Source: Squalus acanthias (Eukaryota). From it: DNA of 64,000 bases. Positions within the stretch are counted from its first letter, which is position 1. Each line of letters starts with the position of its first letter. Location: NCBI GenBank assembly GCA_030390025.1, contig CM059432.1:142850001-142914000 (forward strand), given 5' to 3'. Positions 49,688-62,800 of the stretch are shown here, in pieces. Under the pieces are notes generated by a model. It ran no database searches and had not been told where the DNA came from. It saw nothing but the letters and a program-made list of their open reading frames with translations. Made by a program: the position numbers and the translations under genes.

Positions 49688-50720
49688 TAGAATCATAGAA
49701 TAGTACAGCACAGAAGGAGGCCATTCGGCCCATCGAGTCTGCGCCGGCTCTTTTGAACAGCAATCCAGTTAGTCGCACCCCCCCCCGCTCTTTCCCCAGA
49801 TCCCTGCAATTTTTTCTCTTCAAGTATTTATCCAATTCCCTTTTGAAGGCTACTATTGAATCTGTATTCACCACCCTATCAGGCAGTGCATTCCAAATCC
49901 TAACCACTCGCTGCGTAAAAAAGTTTTTCTTCATGTCGCCTCTGGTTCTTTTGCCAATCACCTTAAATCTGTGCCCTCTGGTTATCAACTACTTCACCTG
50001 AGGATGTTAGAAAGATTAACTGTAATCATCTGGCAGTGTTCTCTGACTATATATGCTGTGTCTATATGCATCTCTTCACTTCACCTGACGAAGGAGCAGC
50101 CGCTCAGAAAGCTTGTGATTTCAAATAAAACTGTTGGACTAAAACCTGGTGTTGTGCGACCTCTCAATTTTATCAACCCTTCAGCCATTGGAAACAGTTT
50201 CTCTTTATTTACTCTATCTAAACCCTTCATGGTTTTAAACACCTCTTGGCCTCTTCTGCCCGAAGGAGAACAATCCCAGCTTCTCGAGCCTATCTGCGTA
50301 ACTGTAATCCCGCATCCCGGGAACCATTCTAGTAAATCCCTTCTGTACCCTCTCCAGAGCCTTCACGTCCTTCCTAAAGTGCGGTGCCCAGAATTGGACA
50401 CAATACTCCAGCTGGGGCCGAACTAGTGTTTTATAAAGGTTTAGCATAACTTCCTGATTTTTGTACTCTCTGCCTCTATTTATAAAGCCCAGGATCCCAT
50501 GTGCTTTATTAACTGCTTTGTTAACCTGTCCTGCCACCTTCAGAGATTTGTGCACAAGCAGCCCCAGGTCTCTCTGTTCTTGCACCCCCTTTAAGATTGT
50601 ACCATTTAGCTTTTATTGTCTCTCCTCATTCTTCCTACTAAAATGTGTCACTTCACACTTCTCTGCGTTAAATTTCATCTGTCAGGTGTCTGCCCATTCC
50701 ACCAGCCTATGTCCTCTTGA
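49688..50720 (-). mobile_element. CR1 3' fragment interrupted by a pLTR
   Basis: ORFs 50235-50585 ([16 protein letters not shown]) and 49671-49988 (FFTQRVVRIWNALP). Confidence 0.88.
49990..50169 (+). mobile_element. Second family-A pLTR fragment with hammerhead-like motif, inserted in a CR1
   Basis: TCAC-CTGACGA(50085-50091)-AGGAGCAGCCGCTCA-GAAAGCTT-GTGA, then the same tail as 19620-19676. Flanked by TTATCAAC at 49982-49989 and 50170-50177. Confidence 0.75.
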
Positions 50721-51713
50721 AGTTTATTTTTTAGTAAGCTTTATAAAAAACTTCAGCGTACAGCTGGTCTATATTAAGATCGATGAAAGAAAGACTTGCA
50801 TTGAAATAGCGCCTTTCACGACCTCAGGACGTCCCAAAGTGCTTTACAGCCAATGAAGTACTTTTGAAGTGTAGTCACTGTCGTAATGTCGGGACAAGTT
50901 TTGTTCTTGCATTTCAACAAGTCAAGTTTTGAAAATAAATGCTCTGAATAAGTAATGAAATGAGTCTCAATAATTATCAGACAAACATGTATAATATGCC
51001 ACGAGCACGTTTTTATATCCTTGGTGATTAATCTTAATACCTTTCAATGATTAGATTCTGTGTCATTAACAATGCAGATGTCTATGTTGGTAGACCTGAA
51101 GTAGGGAAATATTTGGAAAGGCCAAGATTTCTGCAAGTTGTTTCGATATTTGCTGGTTCTGCTGTTGCTCCTTAGTTTGTCAGTTATGGTCTAGTTTGAC
51201 CTTTTGCATGCGATCAGTCTCAACCTCTTAAAACTTAACAAGATTCCCACAGAAACAAACATTCGTATTGCACCTTTAAAATAGCAAAAGTTCCCAAAGT
51301 GCCTCGCGTAGAATTATATAGAATACACAGCACAGAAACAGGCCATTCGGCCCAACTGCTCCATGCCAGTGTTTATGCTCCACACGAGCCTCCTCCCACC
51401 CCTCTTCATCTCACCCGGTCAGCATAACCTTCTACTCCTTTCTCCCTCGTGTATTTATTCAGCTTGCCCTTAAATGCATCTATGCTATTTGCCTCATGTG
51501 GTAGTGAGTTCCACATTCTCACCACTCTAACAGTTTGATGTCAGACCCAAAAAGGAGCAGGAGGGAAAGTAGGGGAGGTGACCAAAGGTGTGTTGAAGAG
51601 GCAGCTTTTAATGAGACTTTTGAAGGTGGGGAGAGAGGTAGAAAGGCAGAGAGACTTAGGGAAAGAGTTTCAGAGTGTGGGGGTGAGATAGCTGAAGACC
51701 ATCACCAAAAGTA

Positions 51714-51950
51714 GAAGAAGAGCAGGGGAGTTATCCCCGGTGTGCCTGGGCCAATATTTATCCCTCAACCAACATCACTAAAACAGATTATCTGGTAATT
51801 ATCACATTGCTGTTTGTGGGAGCTTGCTGTGCGCAAATTGGCTGCTGTGTTTCCCACATTACAACAGTGACTACACTCCAAAAGTACTTCATTGGCTGTA
51901 AAGTGCTTTCTGAGGTTATGAAAGGCGCTATATAAATGCAAGTTCTTTCT
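51714..51950 (+). mobile_element. Deu-domain SINE 3' part, whose tail runs into a CT-rich expansion
   Basis: gaagaagagcaggggagttatcccc...ggcgctatataaatgcaagttctttc. Confidence 0.75.
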
Positions 51951-52250
51951 CTCTTTTCTTCTCTGTTTCTCTCACCTTTTTCTCTCCCTTTCTTTTTCTC
52001 TCTCTTTCTGTTTTGCTTTCTTTTTTCTCTCTCTCACACTCTTTATATCATTCTTTCTCATTCTCTCTTTCTAGTTCTTTCTCTTCCTCTGTTTCTCTCT
52101 GTTGCTTTTTCTCTTTCTCTTTATCTCTGTCTCTCTTTTCTCTCATTTCTCTATTTCTTTCTCTCTATCTCTCACTCTTTCTGTCTCTCGTCTCTCTTTC
52201 AATTTCTTTCTCTCTATTTCTCTTTTCTTATCTCTCTCCTTTTTCTTTCC
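51944..52250. repeat. ~300-bp polypyrimidine (CT/CTTT) tract
   Basis: Direct reading; it follows a SINE tail. Confidence 0.9.
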
Positions 52251-53357
52251 TCACTGCTCTACAAGTGCTCTTAAATTGCTCTCAGTATTATTTACATTCC
52301 TGGCATCGGAGCAACAAAACTGTCAGTTCTGTACAGGTGCCAAAGAGCAGCATAACAGGCCTCGGGGCTCTCAGTAATAAACGATTAGCTGTGTATCACA
52401 ACATTGTATTTAATAACTTGCCATATAAGTTAAAATATTAAACATTCTGATATTTATCAAATACTGTTATGTACTTTTGTTACTTCACTACTTTACTTGG
52501 TGTAGAACAAAAAAATGAACTTTTTTTTGAGTCTGCATGTAGATTTTGACTGGAATTTTGTTCCGCCATTGTATGAAAGGGAGAGAGAAAGACTGAGAGG
52601 GATAGAGAGAAGAACAAATAAACTTGCATTTACACAGCGCTTTATCGGGTCTCAGAAATGTACCAAAGCACTTCACAAACAATGACTTAGTTTGAAGGGC
52701 AATCACATGGCAGCCATTTTGCAGAACAAGATCCCACAACAACCACAACAACTTGCACCTCTTCCTGTCCACGGGACGTCCCAAAGTGCTTCACACCCAA
52801 TGAGATGCTTTTCAGTCACTTTTGTTGTGTAGGCAAAATTAGATTAAATTCGTCACTTAACTGAATTCTTAGTAACGCCATTGTTCAAACCTTCACTCCC
52901 TGATTGGAGGCTGGCGGAGAGCTCAGTCCGTCAGCAAAAGCCAAATTTCTTCGACTTCACGCAGATTTTTGTGAACAAGTTACTTGGCGAAATACTTCAA
53001 GTTCCAGATAACTGTGATGTAAAGTCTTATTCTATAATCTACGATTTGCAGCAATGTTTTGCAATGAGTGTGCCAGCTAATATCTGGGACCATGTTGACT
53101 AGGGAAACCCGACAGCTACTGAATTATGATACCTGCAACACCTGATAGATATCAGTATCGGACATAAAAGCCATGGCAATTAATCCACTGCATGTTATGA
53201 CACTCCGTCTGTCTGAATCTTGCATCCTACAGTGTTGTCCCACTTACAAGTAATCTGCCCAACCATTCTACCAGTCTCCGTGTTGTCAATAATATTTGAT
53301 TTTTTTAAATGCGTCAAATCAGGGTATACATTATCTAAAAAGGTGTACTGATATATT

Positions 53358-53798
53358 TCAAGGACAAATCCAATCCGGCCAATTACCGCCCCATCAGTCT
53401 ACTCTCAATCATCAGCAAAGTGATGGAAGGTGTCATCAACAGTGCTATCAAGCGGCACTTACTCACCAATAACCTGCTGACCGGTGCCCAGTTTGGGTTC
53501 TGCCAGGTCCACTGGGCTCCAGACCTCATTACAGCCTTGGCCCAAACATGGACAAAGGAGCTGAATTCCAGAGGTGAGGTGAGAGTGACTGCCCTTGACA
53601 TCAAGGCAGCATTTGATCGAATGTGGCATCAAGGAGCCCTAGTAAAACTGAAGTCAATGGGAATCAGGGGGAAAATTCTTCACTGGCTGGAGTCATACCG
53701 AGCACAAAGGAAGATGGTTGTGGTGGTTGGAGGTCAATCATCTCAGTCCCAGGACATCGCAGCAGCAGTTCCTCAGGACAGTGTCCTAGGCCCAACCA
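53358..53798 (+). mobile_element. Internal RT fragment of a CR1/L2-group LINE
   Basis: NPANYRPISLLSIISKVMEG...QFGF...ALDIKAAFDRMWH...VPQDSVLGP. Confidence 0.85.
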
Positions 53799-54297
53799 TT
53801 GAAATAGTGCTATGGGATCTTTTACGTCCACCTGACAGAGCAGACGGGGCCTTAGTTTAACGTCTTATCTGAAAGATGGCACCTCCAACAGTGCAGCACT
53901 CCCTCAGCACTGCACTGGCAGTGTCAGCCTAGTTTTATGTGTTTAAGTCCCTGGAGTGGGACTTGAACCCGCAAATTTCTGACTCAGAGGCAAATGTGCT
54001 ACCAACTGAGCCACAGCTGACACTAACTGTAAAAGATCCCATGGCAGTATTTCAAAGAAGAGCAGGGGAGCTCTCCCCAGTTTCCTGGCCAATATTTATC
54101 CCTCAACCAACATCATTAAAACAAATTATCTGATCAGATATCTTATTGCTGTTTGTGGGAGCTTGCTGTGCGCAGGTTGGCAGTCGTGTTTCCTACATTG
54201 CAACAGTGACTCCACTTCAAAAAGGACTTCATTGGCTGTAAAGCGCTTTGGGACGTCCTGAGGTCATGAAAGGCGCTGTAGAAATGCAAGTCTTTGT
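53799..54297. mobile_element. Deu-domain SINE with inverted 5' half
   Basis: 53799-54026 is the reverse complement of the SINE 5' half and 54028-54297 is the forward 3' half. About 28 bp is present in both parts. Confidence 0.8.
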
Positions 54298-54414
54298 TTA
54301 TACTGGAATGTGTCATCTATAAGAAATATCATCACAAGTAAAATTGATTGAAAAACTCAGAGCGGATAATAACATCAAGGCTAGAAAATGAATAATTATG
54401 AAGAGACACGATAC

Positions 54415-54800
54415 TGGGACTGTTTGCACTGGAACAGAGGAGCCGAGGGGATTTACTAGAGGTTTTTATGCTTCTGAAGGGATTTGCTAGATTAAAAAAG
54501 GGAAAGGCTATTTCCTCTTATTGGGGAGTCAGGGATGAGGGGTTGCCAATTTAAAATTATCGCCAAGAGAGTGAGGAGAGAGGATAGGAAAATTTGTTTT
54601 ACACAGAGGGTTGTTGTAGCATGTGATGTTTTGCCACAAGGAGTAGTTGAGGCAAAGACCATTGCAACTTTTAAGGAAAAAGTGGATCAATATTTGAAGC
54701 AGAGGAAGATACAGGGCTATGGGGAGAGAGTGGGGCAGTGAGATTACTTTTGGAATGGTACGATGGGCCGAATGGCCTCCTGCGGGGTAACCTTCTATGA
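54415..54800 (+). mobile_element. Diverged CR1 3' end
   Basis: MRGCQFKI...CFTQRVV...LPQGVVEA, ending gatgggccgaatggcctcc. Confidence 0.7.
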
Positions 54801-55644
54801 TTTCATGTGAGAGTTGTGGTCAGTATCAGGAAGGTTATACTTTTAGAGTGTGAGGATGTAAAAAAAAATTCTCGACATGTTCGAGATTGCACGAGTGATA
54901 CGAATCAAAATATGCCATTTTTATGGGTAGGGCACTATTTGTTTTATTTTCTTAGAGGCATGACCACAGGACGTAGCTGCGATCAATTGGTACTGGCGAT
55001 TCCTGAGAGCACAAAAAAGGGACTGGTGCTACTGTGTGGGCTGCCCATTGGCAAATCGCTGAATGTTGCTAGTTCAGCAAGAGATGGGCAAAATTGGATT
55101 CAAACGTTGACGTATATAAGGTAGGGTTCAGGCAATGTGACTGTGTCAAGGAGAGGGAGAGTTCCACAGATTAAGGGCTTGTATTCTGCAGAGGCCTTTT
55201 GGCCTGATACAGAATAGCTTCATCTCAAAACACCAAGCCTCGATCCCCTGTAGTGTGTTGACATTTCTGTATAAAACTGGTATTTAACTTTAATAGACCA
55301 CCTAGTCTGCCTTATTTGTTCAAAACTCACCGTCCAGCATTCTCTGCATAGTTGAGCTAATACTTGCAGCAGTGCTGTCAGCTGCGCATGCAAAAACAAA
55401 TGAACAGGTTATAAATTATTACATTCATTACAAATGTCACTGCTCACTTTTTGTAGATTTGGACCTGGGACTTTATAATTTAACATAACGACATTCACGT
55501 CTTATCTTTTACTGGATTAAGGAGGTAAATCATGATCAGTGGAGGAGAAGCCAGTGCAAACATGGTACGAGATGTTGATGGGATACAGATGGACAGTGTT
55601 GAGAAAGAAAAGCAATGGTGTCAAATAATTTGGCTTGGATTTCG

Positions 55645-56090
55645 AGGAACATAGGATCAGGAGGAGGCCATTCAGCCCCTCGAGCCTGTTCCGCCATTCA
55701 ATTAGATCATGGCTGATCTGTATCTTAACTCCATTTACCCACCTTTGTTCCATATCCCTTGATACCTGTACCCAACAAAAATCTATCCATCTCAGTCTTG
55801 AAAGCTCCAGCATCCACAGCCTCTTGGGGGAGAGAGTTCCAGAGTTCCACTAGCCTTTGTGTGAAGCAGTGCTTCCTGACATCACCCCTGAACAGCTTCG
55901 CTCTAATTTAAAGATTATGTTCCCCTTGCTCTGGACTCCCAGAGGAAATAATTTTTCTGTCCCTACCCTATTGAATCCCCGAATCAGATCACCCTTCAAG
56001 CGTCTAATCCCAAGTTTATGCAATCAGTCCTCATAATTTAACACTCTAGCCCTGGTATCATTCAGGTGAATCTGTGCTGCTCCACCTGGA
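55645..56090 (-). mobile_element. CR1 3' end
   Basis: Homologous to 7657-8150 and 47735-48210. Confidence 0.78.
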
Positions 56091-56129
56091 CATTCAAATC
56101 CCTTTGCTCTTCCATAGATCCTGGTCTCT

Positions 56130-56850
56130 CACTATTAAGAAAATGCTCACCTGTTCAGAAGTGCATGGTGCCACTCCCGATCAAATGCTTTGGAGATGAC
56201 CAAGGCAATGACAGACGGTTCACCAGAAGTTTGGAGAGCAGGGTTCCAGGGGTGCATATATAGAGGCAACATGATCCCCAGTGCAATAGCCATATGGATC
56301 ATGCAATCATGGATTGGGCCAGAACTTTCAACATAATGGGTGATTTGAAAGCTTCTATTACTTGTACCAATATATGAGCAATAGGGCAGCAGTTTGAAGG
56401 ATAGGATGAACATTTCTAAGGAGAAGAAAACATCACAAGAGAGATTAAAGAGACAGCATAGAACAGGAGCAAGTCTGAAGACACATACCTTGAAGACAAT
56501 GGGAGGGACATCATCAACGTTAAAGGTCTTATTGGAATCCAGACCATGAAATATCTGACATATTTGGCAAGGGTAAAACTTGATGCTAGCCATAATGGTA
56601 GAACAATGAAGGGAGATTCTTGACCAAGATTCATCAAGCTTAGAATTGGAAGAGAAAAGTGAGTCACAAAAAGATGAATTTAATTAGGTGAGCGAAAGAT
56701 GTTTTTAGCTTCAGGACTCCAAAGTTAGGTGATCGAGGGGAGGCAAGGTGATCAGCAAGGGCCATGGGATTGAGAGTTCGACAGAAAGTGTAAGAGGGAA
56801 ATTGAAAGGAGGAAGAGTCCCACGATGGTGAAAATTAGGCTTAGTGAGAA
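56130..56850 (-). mobile_element. Highly decayed non-LTR RT fragment
   Basis: ORF 56147-56593: DDVPPIVFK...LAPVLCCLFNLS...IALVISKAFDREWHHALL. Confidence 0.6.
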
Positions 56851-56859
56851 ACAATAGAC

Positions 56860-59800
56860 GATCTGTTCACAGAGTTCCACATTATTCAAACCCTGACCTG
56901 TACACACAGTTCCACATTATTCTAGTCCTGTTCTGTACACACAGTTCTAGATTACTCTAGTACTGATCTGTACACACAGTTCTAGGTTATTCTAGTCTTG
57001 ATCTGTACACACAGTTCCAGATTATTCTAGTCCTGATCTCTACACACAGTTCCAGGTTATTTTAACCCGGATCTGTACACACAGTTCCAGATTGTTCTAC
57101 TCCTGGACTGTACACGCAGTTCCAGATTATTCTTGGCCTCATCTATACACTGTTCTAGTTGATTCTAATTCTGATCTGCACACACAGTTCTAGATTATTC
57201 TAGTCCTGATCTGGACACAAAGTTCCAGATTATTGTAGTCCTGGTCTGTACACACAGTTCTAGATTATTCTAGTCCTCATTTATACACCGTTCTAGATTA
57301 TTCTAACCATGATCTGCACAAACAGTTCCAGATTATTCTAGTCCTGATCTGTACACACAGTTCCAGATTATTCTAAAGCTGGTTTGTACACAAAGTTCCA
57401 GATGATTCTAGTCCTGATCAGTACACAAAGTTCCAGATGATCCTAGTCCTGATCTGTACACACAGTTCCAGATGATTCTAGTCCTGATCTGTACACACAG
57501 TTCCAGAATATTCTTAAAGTGATCTGTACACACAGTTCTGGTTTATCTAGTCCTCATTTGAACACAAAGTTCCAGGTTATTCTAATCCTGACCTGTACAT
57601 ACAGTTCTGTTTTTTTCTAGTCTAGATGTGTACACGCAGTTCAAGATTATTCTAATCCTGATCAGTACACACAGTTCCATATTATTCTAGTCCTGATCTT
57701 TACAAACAGTTCCAGATTATTCTTGTCCTGTTCTCTACAAAAGTTCCAGAGGATTCTAGTCCTGATCTGTACACACAGTTCTAGTTTATTCTAGTCCTGA
57801 TCTGTACACACAGTTCCAGATTATTCTGTGCTGATCTGTACAAACAGTTCCAGATTATTCTAGTCCTGATCTGAACACACAGTTCCAGAATATTCTAGTC
57901 CTGATCTGTACACACAGTTCTAGCTTATTCTAGTCCTGATCTGTGCACAGTGTTCTGGATTATTCTAGCCCTGATCTGTACAGATAGTTCCAATTTATTC
58001 TCATTGTGATCTGTACACAGAGTTCTAGCTAATTCTTGCCATGATCTGTACACACAGTTCCAGATTATTCTAGTTCTGATCTGTACGCACAGTTCCAGGT
58101 TATTGTAGTCCTGGTCTGTACACACAGTTCCAGATTATTCTAGTCCTGATCTGTACACACAGTTACAGATTATTCTAAAGCTGGTCTGTACACAAAGTTC
58201 CAGATGATTCTAGTCATGATCAGTACACAAAGTTCCAGATGATTCTAGTCCTGATCTGTACACACAGTTCCAGAATATTCTTAAATTGATCTGTACACAC
58301 AGTTCTGGTTTATCTAGTCCTCATCTGAACACAAAGTTCCAGGTTATTCTAATCCTGACCTGTTCATACAGTTCTGTTTTTTTCTAGTCTAGATGTGTAC
58401 ACGCAGTTCCAGATTATTCTAATCCTGATCAGTACACACAGTTCCATATTATTCTAGTCCTGATCTTTACAAACAGTTCCAGATTATTCTTGTCCTGTTC
58501 TCTACAAAGAGTTCCAGATGATTCTAGTCCTGATATGTACACACAGTTCTAGTTTATTCTAGTCCTAATCTGTACACACAGTTCCAGATTATTCTGTGCT
58601 GATCTGTACAAACAGTTCCAGATTATTCTAGTCCTGATCTGTACACACAGTTCCAGATTATTCTCACCATATCTGCACAAACAGTTCCAGAATATTCTAA
58701 AGCTGGACAGTCTGCAAAGTTCCAGATGATTCTAGTCCTGATCAGTACAAACAGTTCCAGATTATTCAAGTCCTGATGTACAAAGAGTTCGAGTTTATTC
58801 TAGTCCTGATCTGTACACACAGTTCCAGATTATTCTAAACCTAATCTGTATAAACAGTTCCAGATTATTCTAGTGCTGATCTGAACAATGAGTTCCAGAT
58901 TATTCTAGTCCTGATCTGTACACACAGTTCCAGAGTATTCTAGTCCTGATCTGTACACACAGTTCCAGTTTATTCTAGTCCTGATCTGTACAAACAGTTC
59001 CAGATTATTCCAATCCTGATCTGTAGACACAGTTCCAGATGATCCTAGTCCTGATCTGTACACACAGTTCCAGATGATTCTAGTCCTGATCTGTACACAC
59101 AGTTCCAGATTATTCTTGTCCTGTTCTCTACAAAGAGTTCCAGATGATTCTAGTCCTGATCTGTGCACACAGTTCCAGATTATTCTAGTCCTCATCTATA
59201 CCCAGTTCTAGATTAATCTAACCATGATCTGCAGACACAGTTCCAGATTATTCTATTACTGATCTCTACACACAGTTCAAGTTTACTATAGTCCCGGCCT
59301 GTAAACACAGTTCCAGATCATTCTAATCCAGATCTGTACAAACAGTTCCAGAGTATTCTAGTCCAGATTTGTACATACAGTTCAAGAAGATTCTACTCCT
59401 AATCTGCACACACGGTTCCAGATTATTCTAGTCCTGATCTGTTCACACTGTTCCAGATTATTCTAGTCCTGATCTGTACACACAGTTCCAGCTTATTCTT
59501 ATTGTGATCTGTACGCACAGTTCCTGATTATTCTTGTCCTGATCTGTACACTCAGATCTCGTTTATTGTAATCCTGATCTGTACATGCAGTTCCAGATTA
59601 TTCTAGTCCTGATCTGTACACACAGTTCCAGTTTACTCTAGTGCTGATCTGTTCACAAAGTTCTAGTTTTTTCTAGTCCTGATTTGTGAACAAAGTTCCA
59701 GATTATTCTAATCCAGAGCTATGCAAACAGTTCCAAATGATTCTAGGCCTGATCTCTGCACACAGTTCTAGATTATTCTAACACTGATTTGTTCACAAAG

Positions 59801-62800
59801 TTCTAGTTTGTTTTAGTCCTGATCTGTTCACACTGTTCCAGATTATTCTAGTCCTGATCTGTTCACACTGTTCCAGATTATTCTAGTTCTGATCTGTATG
59901 CACAGTTCCAAATTATTCTGGTCTAACCTGTACGCACAGTTCCAGATTATTCTAGTTCTGACTTGCACACACATTTCCAGATTATTCTTATCATGTCCTG
60001 TATACACAGTTGAAGATTATTCCAGTCTTAATCTGTACAGGCAGTTCCAGATTATTCTAGGACTGATTTGTACATACAATTGCAGACTATTCTACTCTAA
60101 TCTGTACACACAGTTCCAGATTATTCTAGTTCTGATCTGTACACACAGTTCCAGGTTATTTTAGTCCTGATCTGTACAAACAGTTCCAGATTATTCTAGT
60201 CCTGATTTGTACGCAGAGTTCCAGATTATTCTAGTCCTGATCTGTACACACATTTCGAGCTTATTCTCATTGAGATTTTTACACACAGTTCTAGTTTATA
60301 CTAGTCCTGGTCTGTGCACAGAGTTCTGGATTATTCTAGCCCTGATCTGTACAGATAGTACCAATTTATTCTCATTGTGATCTGTACACAGAGTTCTAGC
60401 TAATTCTTGCCATGATCTGTACACACAGTTCCAGATTATTCTAGTTCTGATCTGTACACACTGTTCCAGATTATTTTAGTCCTGGTCTGTACACACAATT
60501 CTAGATTATTCTAGTCCTCATTTGTACACAGTTCGAGATTATTCTAACCATGATCTGCACAAACAGTTCCAGATTATTCTAAAGCTGGTCTGTACACAAA
60601 GTTCCAGATGATTCTAGTCATGATCAGTACACAAACTTCCAGATGATCCTAGTCCTGATCTGTACACACAGTTCCAGATGATTCTAGTCCTGATCTGTAC
60701 ACAGAGTTCCAGAATATTCTTAAAATGATCTGTACACACAGTTCTGGTTTATCTAGTCCTCATCTGAACACAAAGTTCCAGGTTATTCTAATCCTGACCT
60801 GTTCATACAGTTCTGTTTTTTTCTAGTCTAGATGTGTACACGCAGTTCCAGATTATTCTAATCCTGATCAGTACACACTGTTCCATATTATTCTAGTTCT
60901 AATCTTTACAAACAGTTCCAGATTATTTTTGTCCTGTTCTCTACAAAGAGTTCCAGATGATTCTAGTCCTGATCTGTACACACAGTTCTAGTTTATTCTA
61001 GTCCTGAGTTGTAAACACAGTTCCAGATTATTCTGTGCTGATCTGTACAAACAGTTCCAGATTATTCTAGTCCTGATCTGTACACACAGTTCCAGTTTAT
61101 CTAGTCCTTATCTGTACACATGGTTCCAGTTTATTCTAGTCCTTATCTGTACACACAGTTCTAGATTATTCTAGTCCTGATCTGTACAACAGTTCCAGAT
61201 TATTCTAGTCCTGATCTGTACACACAGTTCCAGATTATTCTAGTCCTGATCTGTACACACAGTTCCAGTTTATTCTTGGCCTAAACTTTACAAACAGTTC
61301 CAGATAATTCTAGTTCAGATCTGTACACACAGTTCCAGATTATTCTAGTTCTGATCTGTACACACAGTTCCAGATTATTCTAGTTCAGATCTGTACACAC
61401 AGTTCCAGAATATTCTAGTCCTGATCTGTACACATAGTTCTAGATTATTATAAACCTTATCTGTATATACAGTTCCAGATTATTCTAGTCCTAATATATA
61501 CACTCAGTTCCAGATTATTCTAGTCCTGATCTCGACACACATTTCTAGATTATTCTAACATTGATTTCTTCACAAAGTTCCAGTTTATTCTAATCCTGAT
61601 CTGTACACACAGTTGCAGATTATTCAAGTACTGATCCGCACACACAGTTCCAGATTATTCTAGTCCTGATCTGTACACACAGTTCCAGATTATTCTAGTC
61701 CTGATCTGTACCCACAGTTCTAGTTTGTTCTAGTCCTGATCTGTACACAGAGTTCTGGTTTATTCTAGTCCTGATCTGTACACACAGTTCCATCTTATTC
61801 TAGTCCTGATCTGTACATACACTTCTAGATTAGTCCAGTCCTGATCTCCATTCACAGTTCTAGATTATTCTAACACTGATTTGTTCACAAGGTTCTAGTT
61901 TATTCTAGTCCTGATCTGTACAGTTGCAGACTATTATGCTCCTAATCGGTACACACAGTTCCAGATTATTCTAGTCCTGATCTGTACACACAATTCCAGA
62001 TTATTCTAGTCCTGATCTGTACAAACAGTTCCAGATCATTCTAGGACTGATCTGCATACACAGTTACAGATTATTCTAGTCCTGATCTGTACACACAGTT
62101 CCAGATTATTCTAGTCCTGATCTCTACGCACAGTTCCAGATTATTCTAGTCCTGGTCTGTACATAGAGTTGCGGAATATTCTAGACCAGATCTGTACAGA
62201 CAGTTCCATTTTATTCTCATTGTGATCTCGACACAGAGTTCCAGATTATTCTAGTCCTGATCTGTACACACAGTTCCAGATTATTCTAGTCCTGGTCGGT
62301 ACACAGAGTTCCGGATTATTCTAGTCCTGATCTGTACAGACAGTTCCATCTTATTCTCATTGTGATCTGTACACACAGTTCCAGATTATTCTAGACCTGA
62401 TCTGTACACACAGTACCAGATTATTCTACTCCTGGTCTGTACACCGAGTTCTGGATTATTCTAGTCCTGATCTGTATAGACAGTTCCATCTTATTCTCAT
62501 TGTGAGCTCTACACACAGTTCCAGATTATTCTAGTCCTGATCTCTACACACAGTTCCAGATTACTCTCATCCTGGGCGGTACACAGAGTTCCGGATTATT
62601 CTAGTCCAGATCTGTACAGACAGTTCCATCTTATTCTCATTGTGATCTGTACACACAGTTCCAGATTATTCTAGTCCTGATCTGTAGAAACAGTACCAGA
62701 TTATTCTAGTCCTGGTCTGTACACAGAGTTCCGGATTATTCTAGTACTGATCTGTACACACAGTTCCAGATTATTCTAGTGCTGGTCTGTACAAAGAGTT

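Noticed and set aside
43300..56860. A downstream host gene such as RSPO2
   Set aside because: No supportable exon; all recognisable ORFs are retroelement fragments.
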